Shown here: piece after piece, positions 39,279 to 48,522 of the stretch | How positions within the stretch are numbered: position 1 is the stretch's first letter | Layout: each line of letters begins with the position of its first letter | Origin: an uncultured cyanobacterium | GTDB lineage: Bacteria; Cyanobacteriota; Cyanobacteriia; PCC-9006; JAAUQQ01 | DNA: 64,000 bases | Direction of reading: 5' to 3' | Assembly (NCBI GenBank): GCA_963718615.1 | Contig: OY970368.1 | Coordinates: forward strand, 2,272,001 to 2,336,000 | Made by a program: the position numbers and the translations under genes | The notes under the pieces: model-generated | The model's database searches: none | What the model saw: the letters and a program-made list of their open reading frames with translations, nothing else | What the model was told of the DNA's origin: nothing

Positions 39279-40154
39279 TCATAGATGGCGAATGGCTTGG
39301 ATCAATCCGGTGGTGGCGCGGGTGAGGAAGTCGAGGTTGAGGGTTTCGAGGCGATCGCTTCCTTGGTGATAGTGGGGGTTGCGCAGATCGGCGGTGTCGG
39401 TCACCAGGATGGCATTGTAGCCCGCATCCCAAAAGGCGGCGTGGTCGCTATCGCGGAGGCGAGGAATGGGGTGGCCTTGGTTCCAGATGGGCAGGATTTC
39501 GCAGGGCATGCCGCATTGACGGAGGTGGTGGCGACAGCGCCATAAATCGGGGATTGTCTTGAGATTGCCCACCAGGGCCAAAAAGTCGCCTCGGTTGGGA
39601 AAAAAGCGATCGAGTCCGGCGGGATAGTTCTGGGAGCCGGGGGTGGGGTCGCAATAGCCCAGCATTTCGAGGGATAGCATCAGCCGCAGCGGTTGCTGCT
39701 CTTCGGCCAGGAGCTGGGCCGTTACCTGACTGCCGAGGCGACCGTATTCTTCGGCATCGAAGGCGACTAGCCGTAGGGGGGCGCGACTGGGGCTCTGGGC
39801 AAAGACGCGGGCGAGTTCAAGCAAAACGGCGACGCCCGTGGCATTGTCGTCGGCACCGGGACTGGCGTGAACGGCGTCGTAATGGGCTCCGATCAAAATT
39901 GGAGGGGTTTTAGCCGCCGCTGCTGCCGGGAGGTCGAGGATGAGATTACAGTAGGTAGTTCCTGAAAACTCAAATGCTTCATCGGTGACCTCGCCCCATT
40001 GCTCCCATTGTTGCCGAATATAGGTTTGAACATAGAGATGGCCCAGGGGCGAAAACAGCGGGTCGCGATCGCGCGCAATCTCCTGCAAATGCAGTTCCAG
40101 ATTGGTTTTGAGCTCGGTTTCTAGATTGATGTTCGGATCGGGGGTCAGGTCCAT
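39279..40154 (-). CDS. M28 family peptidase
   Basis: IGAHYD, PGADDNATG, FDAEE, SLEM, SDH, RNPHYH. Confidence 0.9.
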   Translation of the reverse strand: MDLTPDPNINLETELKTNLELHLQEIARDRDPLFSPLGHLYVQTYIRQQWEQWGEVTDEAFEFSGTTYCNLILDLPAAAAAKTPPILIGAHYDAVHASPGADDNATGVAVLLELARVFAQSPSRAPLRLVAFDAEEYGRLGSQVTAQLLAEEQQPLRLMLSLEMLGYCDPTPGSQNYPAGLDRFFPNRGDFLALVGNLKTIPDLWRCRHHLRQCGMPCEILPIWNQGHPIPRLRDSDHAAFWDAGYNAILVTDTADLRNPHYHQGSDRLETLNLDFLTRATTGLIQAIRHL

Positions 40155-40916
40155 CTAGCGTAGCCGGGGCTGGAGTCGAAGGGCACACAATCCCAGGAGC
40201 AACACCGAAAACAACAGGCCAGCGGTGGTGATGAGGGGAATGGCCAGGTGTTTAAGGGCGATCGCCACAAAGGCCCAGACCAACACCAGTGCATAGGTGA
40301 TATCGCTATATTTCACCAGGAGACGGGTGCCGATCAGCGTGGCGATCGCCATCATCCCAGCGGTCCAAATTTCCGGCGCAATGCCCCAGTTTCCCCAGCC
40401 ACTCACCGAGAGCGCACTGGCCACATTGACAATGGTGGCGACGCTAATCCAGCCTAAATAAAGACTAAGGGGCCGATAGAGCAGCCAGCGATCGCGGGTC
40501 GTCAGGTGCTGAAGTTGACGAGGCCGATGGATGCGCAGATAAAACGCCACCAGAAACAGCAAGATCTCAACCATAGCCAAGACCGAAAGCCCAAACTGGC
40601 GGGTGAGAAAAAGATAAATCCACAAACACTGAGCCAAGCTCGCCAAAACCAAGAAATAGGTATGGGGATGGAACTTGGGATTTTGGTGTTGTGCTGGGGG
40701 CAACTGGTAGCAGCCCAGGGCAATCAGACCCAGGTAGATCAACCCCCAAATGGCAAAGGCATAGCCTGCTGGAATCATCAGCACAGGCGCAAACAGCGTA
40801 TTCGAGAGGTCTGCAACGGTTTCGCCGTTGGGAGGATAGCGATTACTGAGTCCGTTAAACAGAATGGCTCCCAAAATAGCAGCCAACGTGGCGATCGGTC
40901 TGAGCCAGGCGCGCAT
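40155..40916 (-). CDS. Tryptophan-rich sensory (TspO-like) membrane protein
   Basis: PAGYAFAIWGLIY, SLYLGWISVATIVN and several TM segments. Confidence 0.8.
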   Translation of the reverse strand: MRAWLRPIATLAAILGAILFNGLSNRYPPNGETVADLSNTLFAPVLMIPAGYAFAIWGLIYLGLIALGCYQLPPAQHQNPKFHPHTYFLVLASLAQCLWIYLFLTRQFGLSVLAMVEILLFLVAFYLRIHRPRQLQHLTTRDRWLLYRPLSLYLGWISVATIVNVASALSVSGWGNWGIAPEIWTAGMMAIATLIGTRLLVKYSDITYALVLVWAFVAIALKHLAIPLITTAGLLFSVLLLGLCALRLQPRLR

Positions 40917-40940
40917 AGAGTCCCTTGCTTGTGCTTGCGG

Positions 40941-41396
40941 TTATGACTTGGGTTTGAAGAGGCCGCCCAGACGTTGACCCACTTGTCCCAGGGCATTTCC
41001 CAGGACATTGCCTAAGGCATTACTCCCCAGACCCGTCGGACGTTGGGCGACTTGAATCTCTTCATCCTTAAATTCTTTCAGACGATAGCCATATTCCAGA
41101 CTGTCTTGGTGTTTTTTCATCATAGGAACCATGCGAAAAGCCGTTTCGAGCAGGGGCTTTTCGTTGGCATAGATGGCGCGGCTAACCAAATTGGACCGAG
41201 GCACTGTGATGGCTCCCACGGGTACCCAGTTGGGTTTTCCTTTGATTCGCAGATAAATCTCAAACTCCGGCATGCCTTGGGACTTCATTTTGTCCATGCG
41301 CTTGGCAGCAGCGGCTCGTTCTTGGGCGCGCTGGGAGACCTTGGACTGAGATTTAGACCGAGATTTGGGAGGGCCAAAACCGCGTGGATTGCTCAT
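40941..41396 (-). CDS. HHL1-like protein
   Basis: RGFG, GMPEFEIYLR, WVPVG, AIYANE..L, LEYGYRLKEF. Confidence 0.75.
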   Translation of the reverse strand: MSNPRGFGPPKSRSKSQSKVSQRAQERAAAAKRMDKMKSQGMPEFEIYLRIKGKPNWVPVGAITVPRSNLVSRAIYANEKPLLETAFRMVPMMKKHQDSLEYGYRLKEFKDEEIQVAQRPTGLGSNALGNVLGNALGQVGQRLGGLFKPKS

Positions 41397-41553
41397 GAGG
41401 ATTGTGGGTGTGATGTCAAGACGGGATAGGGTGCAAGTGAGGTTGTTAAGTTATGAGAAAAGAAAGTCATATAACTTTACATTGTACCGTATCCTCATCC
41501 TGGCAGCTCCTAAACAATCTCTAAACTCTCTCAACCCATTCCTAATCCAGTTC

Positions 41554-42582
41554 CTAAACGCTCCTCAGTCGATAGAAGTGCTGAGGGACTACCCCCAGAC
41601 GTTCACCGATGTACATATTGAGGTCTTGGGCAGTTTGCAGGATGAGGCCACCGGGGTCGACTGGGCTGGTGCAGTGGCGGGCGCGATGGCGTTGTTGGAT
41701 TAAGGGAATCACCCAATCTAGGGACTGGCTGGCGACGGTGCCAGCGCTCCAGGTGATCAAGCGATTGAACTGATGATTGCTGATCAGATCCACGGCTTTT
41801 TTGGCAAACAGGGCGGCGAGGAGGCGATCGCTCGCGGAGGGCGGATGGACCCGAAGCTGGGTGTCGAGGCAGATCTTACTCATGGTCACCTCTTCTAGGA
41901 TGCTGCACTCTGGATGGCCCGTGGCACAGAGGCGATCGCGGTAGTCAGACAATTGCCGCACCAGTTGGTTGCCAATGTGTTTCTCCCGCAGTCCTTGGCT
42001 GTTGCGCACGCCTTCCGCAATAACCACGATGGCCAGCCGACTCTGGGTGAGCCGGATTTGGGCGAGATGGTCATAAACCTGAGCGATGGTGTAGTCCTGG
42101 AGGAGAGGGGTGTTTTCGGGAATGAGGACGACATCTGCTTTGCCGGCGATGCCTCCGTGAATTGCCAGGTGACCCCCATCATCCCCCGCTACTTGAACGG
42201 TCAGAATTTCGTTGGGGTTCGCGGCGGGATATCGTAGGTTGCAAAGCTCCTGAGTAATGGCATTGATGGCGCTGTCAAAGCCGAGGGACTGGTCGGTAAA
42301 GGGCACCGTATTATCGATGGTGGCCGGGATGCCGTTCCAGCTCCAGTTGCCCATTTGGGCGAGGTCATAAATCCGGCTCAGGGTTCGACTGCCCCCGATG
42401 GCGATGACGCTATCTAGCTGCAGCTGGGCATAGGTGGCCAGGAGTTCGCCGGGATCGAGGCTGAGGCGGTGCAGTTGCCAAGGGCGTGGGGCAGCACATT
42501 GGGCGATCGCCTCAATTAGCGTTGCGATGCCGGGACAGTCTTGGCCGTCAGTGACGATACCAATCCGTTGATAGGTGTTCAT
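41554..42582 (-). CDS. Degenerate 6-phosphofructokinase-like protein
   Basis: RIGIVTDGQDCPG, AIGGSRT, GIPATIDN, SLGFDSA, ADVVLIPE, VVIAEG, DRLLA, YIGE. Several catalytic motifs are altered. Confidence 0.75.
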   Translation of the reverse strand: MNTYQRIGIVTDGQDCPGIATLIEAIAQCAAPRPWQLHRLSLDPGELLATYAQLQLDSVIAIGGSRTLSRIYDLAQMGNWSWNGIPATIDNTVPFTDQSLGFDSAINAITQELCNLRYPAANPNEILTVQVAGDDGGHLAIHGGIAGKADVVLIPENTPLLQDYTIAQVYDHLAQIRLTQSRLAIVVIAEGVRNSQGLREKHIGNQLVRQLSDYRDRLCATGHPECSILEEVTMSKICLDTQLRVHPPSASDRLLAALFAKKAVDLISNHQFNRLITWSAGTVASQSLDWVIPLIQQRHRARHCTSPVDPGGLILQTAQDLNMYIGERLGVVPQHFYRLRSV

Positions 42583-42835
42583 GGTTAAGACCACGTCGGT
42601 TGCGTGGGAATGTGCTGCTGGGCGCTTAGAGATCGCCCCAAGTGTCAACTTAGGGAAAAAGTTTGAGGAAGTTGTGAGGATCTAAAGATTTGCTAAAGAT
42701 TTTGTGGGCAGTTTGTAAGATGTGCATCGACCTACAAAACTGAACGCAAAACCGGACGATAAACTGTCACTGGTTCGCCCTAGGACCGCTGAACCCCTTG
42801 CATGCTGAAGAAGAGTACGCTTTGGAGCATGTTCT

Positions 42836-43756
42836 ATGGGCCATCTAACCCCTCAAGCCAACGATTCTATGTCCAGACACCAAGTGGGACAGGTGCAGGG
42901 GGTGGGCCAGTATCAACTCTACTATCAGTCTTGGCATCCCCAGAAAGAAGAGACCCAGGGGGAAGAGACGCCGGTCGCGACCTTGGTATTGGTCCATGGC
43001 CTAGGGAGTCACAGTAGTTTATTTATGCGATTGGTCGATTACTTGCTCGCGCAACGGTACTGTGTCTACAGCTTTGATTTACCGGGCCATGGGCGATCGT
43101 CGGGGCAGCGGGGCTTTATTCAGTCCTGGAGTGATTTTCGCGATAGCCTGCATCAATTGATGGAGCAGGTGGCGGTGAGGGAGGCTGGTCGGCCTTGCTT
43201 TTTGCTGGGACATAGTTTGGGTGGGGCGATCGCCCTGGACTATGCGCTGCGTTTTCCAGAAGAAATTCAGGGGTTGATTCTTTCGGCTCCGGCCTTGGGC
43301 ACCCAGGGAATTTCGTCGCTCAAGCTCTGGATGGGGCGGTTGCTTTCTCGCCTTTGGCCCCGGTTTAGTCTCAATACTGGTCTCAGGCGCTACTCTCCTT
43401 CCCGCGACCCCCAGGTGAACCAGGCCTATGCCACGGATCCGCTACGCCACAGCCGGGGCACGGCTCGCCTCTCGACGGAGTTTGCGCGGACGCTGGATTG
43501 GATTCATCAGCATCTTAATCATTTGGCACAACCGATTTTGATCTTGCAGGGGGGAGCTGATCCGGTGGCTCGTCTACAAAATAGTCAGACTTTCTTTGAG
43601 CGATTGTCCCAGGATGACAAAACCTGGCGGGCCTATCCTGAGGCGTATCACGAGTTGTTTAATGATTTGGATACCGAGCAGGTTTTAGCGGATGTTTTGG
43701 TCTGGCTGGCGCAACATCAAACCCCTTGTCGCTCTCGCTCTTGTCGTGTTTCGTAA
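42836..43756 (+). CDS. Alpha/beta hydrolase (lysophospholipase / monoacylglycerol lipase type)
   Basis: VHGLGSH, DLPGHGRS, GHSLGG, QGGADP, YHE. Confidence 0.9.
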   Translation: MGHLTPQANDSMSRHQVGQVQGVGQYQLYYQSWHPQKEETQGEETPVATLVLVHGLGSHSSLFMRLVDYLLAQRYCVYSFDLPGHGRSSGQRGFIQSWSDFRDSLHQLMEQVAVREAGRPCFLLGHSLGGAIALDYALRFPEEIQGLILSAPALGTQGISSLKLWMGRLLSRLWPRFSLNTGLRRYSPSRDPQVNQAYATDPLRHSRGTARLSTEFARTLDWIHQHLNHLAQPILILQGGADPVARLQNSQTFFERLSQDDKTWRAYPEAYHELFNDLDTEQVLADVLVWLAQHQTPCRSRSCRVS

Positions 43757-44110
43757 CTGTTTGTTGGGTTTCGTGGCGATCGCTCAGATTTCAGATGATG
43801 GTTTCTTAGAAACGAAGCTATGCTGAGGTCAAAGGGATTGATCCCCGATTGATTAATCCCCGATTTAAAGGCTTTTAACTGGGAATTTGAGCAAGTGTTC
43901 TCTTGGCTTTTTGATTGACCATTTAAGCCCAGTAGAATTGTGTTTATGGAGCGATGGAGGTTCATCTCCTCGGTGTGACCCATGCTAAAGTCGTTTTGCA
44001 GTCCAACTTCGGAGCTGAAGGAGAACTGTCTTGGGCATGCTTTGCCTCGCTTATTGGATAGAGCCTGTGAGCAATATCCCAATGAAAAAGCCTTTTAGGG
44101 CTGGGGAGTG

Positions 44111-44872
44111 TCAATGTATGGTTTTTCCCCCATCCACCGTCACCGCAGTGCCGTGCATAAAACTGGCCTCATCGCTGGCCAAAAACAGCGCCACCTGGGC
44201 AATTTCCTCCGGGGTCCCTAATCGTCCAGCAGGAATCTGACGAATTACGGCTGCCTGTTCTGCAACCGGGTCAGCAGCGGAATTAAACTCCCCCTCTAGC
44301 AACGGCGTCATCACAGGACCGGGGCAAATCGCATTGATGCGAATGCCCTGCTGAACCCACTCCAGTGATAGCGCCCGCGTTAGCGACAGAACCGCGCCCT
44401 TGGAAGCACAGTAAGCCGCGTATTCCGCCTGAGCCACGAGCCCCAATTCCGATGCAGTGTTAATAATGACACCGCTGCCCTGACGCACCATAATCGGAAT
44501 AGCATGCTTGCAGCCCAGGAAAATCCCTTTGACATTGACATTCATGATCTGGTCCCACTGAGCTTCGGTCATTTCCGTGGTGGGAATCAGTCGGGCAATG
44601 CCTGCGTTGTTGAACAGAACGTCAATACGGCCAAAACGGCTGACTGTTGTTGTAATAGCTTCTTGGATTTGGACCTCTTGCGTCACATCTAAGGGGAGCG
44701 CCAAGGCAACGCCCCCAGCTTGGAGGATTTGTTGTTGGGTGGCGATCGCCTCCTGCCCATTAATATCCACCCCCACCACCTTCGCCCCTTCCTGGGCAAA
44801 CCGCAGCGCCGAGGCCCGACCAATGCCAGAGCCTGCGCCGGTGATTAAACAAACTTTGTCTTTGAGCCTCAT
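44111..44872 (-). CDS. SDR family oxidoreductase
   Basis: TGAGSGIG, NNAG, YCASK, NAICPG, VDGG. Confidence 0.9.
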   Translation of the reverse strand: MRLKDKVCLITGAGSGIGRASALRFAQEGAKVVGVDINGQEAIATQQQILQAGGVALALPLDVTQEVQIQEAITTTVSRFGRIDVLFNNAGIARLIPTTEMTEAQWDQIMNVNVKGIFLGCKHAIPIMVRQGSGVIINTASELGLVAQAEYAAYCASKGAVLSLTRALSLEWVQQGIRINAICPGPVMTPLLEGEFNSAADPVAEQAAVIRQIPAGRLGTPEEIAQVALFLASDEASFMHGTAVTVDGGKTIH

Positions 44873-44986
44873 GAGGAGTAAGTAGTAGGGTGATGGGGTG
44901 ATGGGGTAAGGAAATCCTAAGCAAATGGGTTTTGCCTGGGCAAACTCGCTAGTCTTAAGAGTATTCCCCTTTTTTCGAGGTCGCTG

Positions 44987-46273
44987 ATGTCCTCCATTCT
45001 GTCCGATGCCAATCGTCGCCTTGATGATGCACTTAAGCATGTGGCCCTTTCAGAGGATGCGATTTTACGGTTGCGATCGCCCAAGGCCAGTCTCAGTGTG
45101 GCGATTCCCCTGCGGCGGGATGATGGTTCGTTGGAAATTTTTCAGGGCTATCGGGTGCGTTATGACGACACGCGGGGGCCAACCAAGGGAGGCGTGCGGT
45201 TTCATCCCAATGTATCGATTGATGAAGTGCAGTCCCTCGCCTTTTGGATGACATTTAAATGTGCGCTGCTAGATTTGCCCTATGGCGGTGCGAAGGGTGG
45301 CATTACGGTTAATCCTAAAACCCTGTCGCGGTTGGAGCTGGAGCGGTTGAGTCGGGGATATGTGGATGCGATCGCGGATTTCATCGGCCCCAATCGGGAC
45401 ATTCTTGCACCGGATGTCTATACCAACGCCATGATTATGAGTTGGATGATGGATCAATACAGCATTATTCAACGGCAGTTTTCCCCTGCGGTAGTAACGG
45501 GAAAACCCATCGCTGTGGGGGGGAGCCAAGGGCGAGATACGGCGACGGCCATGGGCGCGTTTTTTACGATTCAAACGCTGTTGCCGAAGTTTGATCGGGT
45601 GCCGAGCAAAACGCGGGTAGCAATCCAGGGGTTTGGCAATGCGGGCGGAACTTTAGCGGAGTTGCTGTTTCAATCCGGTTACCAAGTCGTTGCAGTGAGC
45701 GATTCTAGGGGCGGCATCTATGCAGAGAGGGGACTGGATATTCCCAGTGTTCGTGCCCACAAAGCAGTGACTCGAACTATGCAGGCGGTTTACTGCCAAG
45801 ATAGCGTTTGTAGCCTCATGGATGGGCATCGCAATGTGACGAATGAGGAGCTGTTGGAGCTCGATGTTGATATTCTCATTCCGGCGGCCCTAGAGAATCA
45901 AATTACGGCAGAAAATGCCACGCGAGTTAAGGCTCCGTTGATTTTTGAAGTGGCCAATGGTCCGATTACGGCTTCAGCCGATCCGATTTTGCAGGACAAG
46001 GGATGCTATGTATTCCCCGATATTTTGGTGAATGCGGGGGGCGTGACAGTGAGCTATTTTGAATGGGTGCAAAACCGCAGTGGTTTGTATTGGAGTGCAG
46101 AAGAGGTGGCGGAACAACTCAAGCGGCGAATGGTGCGGGAAACGGAGGCAGTGTGGGCGATCGCCCAGGAGCGCGGCCTCACCCCTCGAACAGCGGCCTA
46201 TGTCCATGCGCTAGAGCGATTGGGGGAAACCATTGAGGCGAAGGGAACACGGAATTATTATCAAGCGAGGTAG
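44987..46273 (+). CDS. gdhA: Glutamate dehydrogenase (Glu/Leu/Phe/Val family)
   Basis: GPTKGGVRFHP, MTFKC, GGAKGG, APDV, VTGKP, QGFGNAG, EVANGP, NAGGVTVSYFEW. Confidence 0.93.
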   Translation: MSSILSDANRRLDDALKHVALSEDAILRLRSPKASLSVAIPLRRDDGSLEIFQGYRVRYDDTRGPTKGGVRFHPNVSIDEVQSLAFWMTFKCALLDLPYGGAKGGITVNPKTLSRLELERLSRGYVDAIADFIGPNRDILAPDVYTNAMIMSWMMDQYSIIQRQFSPAVVTGKPIAVGGSQGRDTATAMGAFFTIQTLLPKFDRVPSKTRVAIQGFGNAGGTLAELLFQSGYQVVAVSDSRGGIYAERGLDIPSVRAHKAVTRTMQAVYCQDSVCSLMDGHRNVTNEELLELDVDILIPAALENQITAENATRVKAPLIFEVANGPITASADPILQDKGCYVFPDILVNAGGVTVSYFEWVQNRSGLYWSAEEVAEQLKRRMVRETEAVWAIAQERGLTPRTAAYVHALERLGETIEAKGTRNYYQAR

Positions 46274-46332
46274 GGAAAAGCTAAATAAATTAGACTGTAC
46301 TCCTATTTGGCCCGTACCCCGATTTGGAATTC

Positions 46333-47226
46333 ATGACTATGCAGTCTAGCTCTACTTTGCGTCGCCTTGCCGTAGTGCAAATGGCTATGGGCGATCGCCT
46401 CGAAGATAATGTTGTTTACGCAATTGAGCGGCTGCAGGAAGCGGCCAGCGGTGGAGCTCACATTGTTTTATTACCAGAATTATTTGAGGGACTCTACTTT
46501 CCCCAACAGGAGCGAGAAGAATCTTTTGCCTTGGCCTATTCGGTGGCGAATCATCCATTTTTGTCGAAATTTCAGGCGATCGCCGCTGAACTCAATTTAG
46601 TCATCCCCCTAAGTTTTTTTGAAAAGGCCGGTCAAGCTCACTATAACAGTCTGGCTACGATTAATACCGATGGCCAAATTTTAGGGATTTATCGCAAATC
46701 CCATATCCCTGACGGCCCCGGTTATGAAGAAAAATATTATTTCAATCCCGGCGATACCGGGTTTCAGGCTTTTCGCACGCCCCATGGCGCGATCGGTACG
46801 GGCATCTGCTGGGATCAGTGGTACCCGGAAGCTGCCCGCTGTATGGCGTTGCTCGGCGCAGATCTTCTGCTCTATCCCACAGCCATTGGCTCCGAACCCC
46901 CGGAAGCGGGCGGGATCGACACCCAGGCCCTGTGGCAGCGGGCGATGGTGGGCCATGCGGTCAGCAATGCTTGCTATGTTGCGGCTGCCAACCGCATCGG
47001 TCAGGAAGGGAATGCAACGTTTTATGGCAGTTCGTTTATTTGTGACTACCAGGGCGAGATCCTCGCCGCTGCCAATCGCACCGATGCCACGATTTTGTAT
47101 GCCGATTTAGATTTTTCTCAAGCTCAGCAGTTTCGGGCCGGGATGGGTTTTTTCCGCGATCGCCGCCCCGACCTTTACAAACCGCTGCTTACCTGGGATG
47201 GCAAAACGCCCTTGGGCTCTAGCTGA
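46333..47226 (+). CDS. aguB: N-carbamoylputrescine amidase
   Basis: PELF, YRKSHIPDGPGYEEKYYF, GICWDQWYPE, YPTAIGSEP, FFRDRRP. Confidence 0.9.
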   Translation: MTMQSSSTLRRLAVVQMAMGDRLEDNVVYAIERLQEAASGGAHIVLLPELFEGLYFPQQEREESFALAYSVANHPFLSKFQAIAAELNLVIPLSFFEKAGQAHYNSLATINTDGQILGIYRKSHIPDGPGYEEKYYFNPGDTGFQAFRTPHGAIGTGICWDQWYPEAARCMALLGADLLLYPTAIGSEPPEAGGIDTQALWQRAMVGHAVSNACYVAAANRIGQEGNATFYGSSFICDYQGEILAAANRTDATILYADLDFSQAQQFRAGMGFFRDRRPDLYKPLLTWDGKTPLGSS

Positions 47227-47255
47227 AATCCTTAGAATTCTAGAAGCCCAGAACC

Positions 47256-47619
47256 CTAGAACATATGGGCGAGGGATCGTGCCAACATCGGTCGCGCCTC
47301 AAACCCACTCGGCAACGGCAGATCACATTGTAAACAGTTGGGAGACTTGGCTCGCTCCGCAAAGCCTTGCCACTTATAGCGAACCATTGCTTTTAGCTTT
47401 GACTCTAGGCGATCGCAGTCTTCGGAGGGCATCCAAAGTAATTCTGCATCGTCTAGACTTTTCGCGATTTTGAACGGCCAGGGATCGCTCTCCAAACTCC
47501 GCTTTAAATTGACGGATTTGCCTAAATAAAGCCATTGCCGCCGCCACAAAAAGGCATAAACCCCAGAAGGTTTCGGGGAGATGATTGGGATCAAGTTTTT
47601 GCCAGTTGGATTGGGCCAT
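47256..47619 (-). pseudogene. Small GIY-YIG-like protein with a one-base frameshift
   Basis: ATG...DPNHLPET then one extra T (GAA ACC T TCT GGG GTT TAT) shifts to SGVYAF...WLYLGKSVNLKR. Confidence 0.6.
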
Positions 47620-48522
47620 GATGTAAGGATCCTCCAGAGATTGCCTTGCAGAAGTCGTTATTAATTTGTCGCCAAGTTCGTCGCCATACGCGTACATCTA
47701 AGCTTTGAGGGCAAAGCTTGTTACCAGCGTTATGCACCAGACTGCGCGCAATTTTGCTTGCGCACAAGAAACTTCGCACCCATGGTGCTGCACCCTCAGA
47801 TGGATTCGGGATTTAGGATTGCTTATCCACGCGAGCAGTCTCTGGATCCAAACCGGACACGACCGTTATCGAACCACGATCTGTGAGACCACTCAAGGAA
47901 GCGAATAAAAAGTTTAGAAAAGACGCGCCGCTGTTGACGGAGCTTCATGATTCGAGACTCGCCCGGATATTACCCCATAATTGGAACAAAATGTCAAACA
48001 CCCAGAAAGAAATGTTCCAAATATCACTCTAGCTTCGAGTGCGATACATGCCACAGGTGACATGAGTCGAGGCCGGTCCTACTAGCCGTATTCTTCCTCC
48101 AGAAAGATTTTCCGGACGATTTTAAAGACAAATTCTGCCTTCAAAAAATACGGAAAACGTTTTGGTGAAAGTCAAGGAATCATCACACATGCTTGGCGTG
48201 ACCTCTTAACCATACGGGATCATTGCCCAGATTAACCAGGGGGGCGAAATACAGGATGGGAGGGGGGCCAACCTCGGGAGGTGGAGGGATCGGACCCCTT
48301 TGGGGGCAGGCCGGGTCTGGCAGTTGTGCGGATTTGCGAATAATCAAGAACAATCACAAACAAACGACAAGAATGGGGCTTGGAGGGTTTAGCCTGCTAG
48401 GGTGACGTTGTGATCGCAACTGCTTTTGTCTTTTGGCGATCTGTCGCGATTTTGTAGTGACGTTGTGGCGAAATCGTTCTCGCTATTGTTGTCGTCGTTT
48501 GTTGCAAGGTTTGTTCGTGGTT

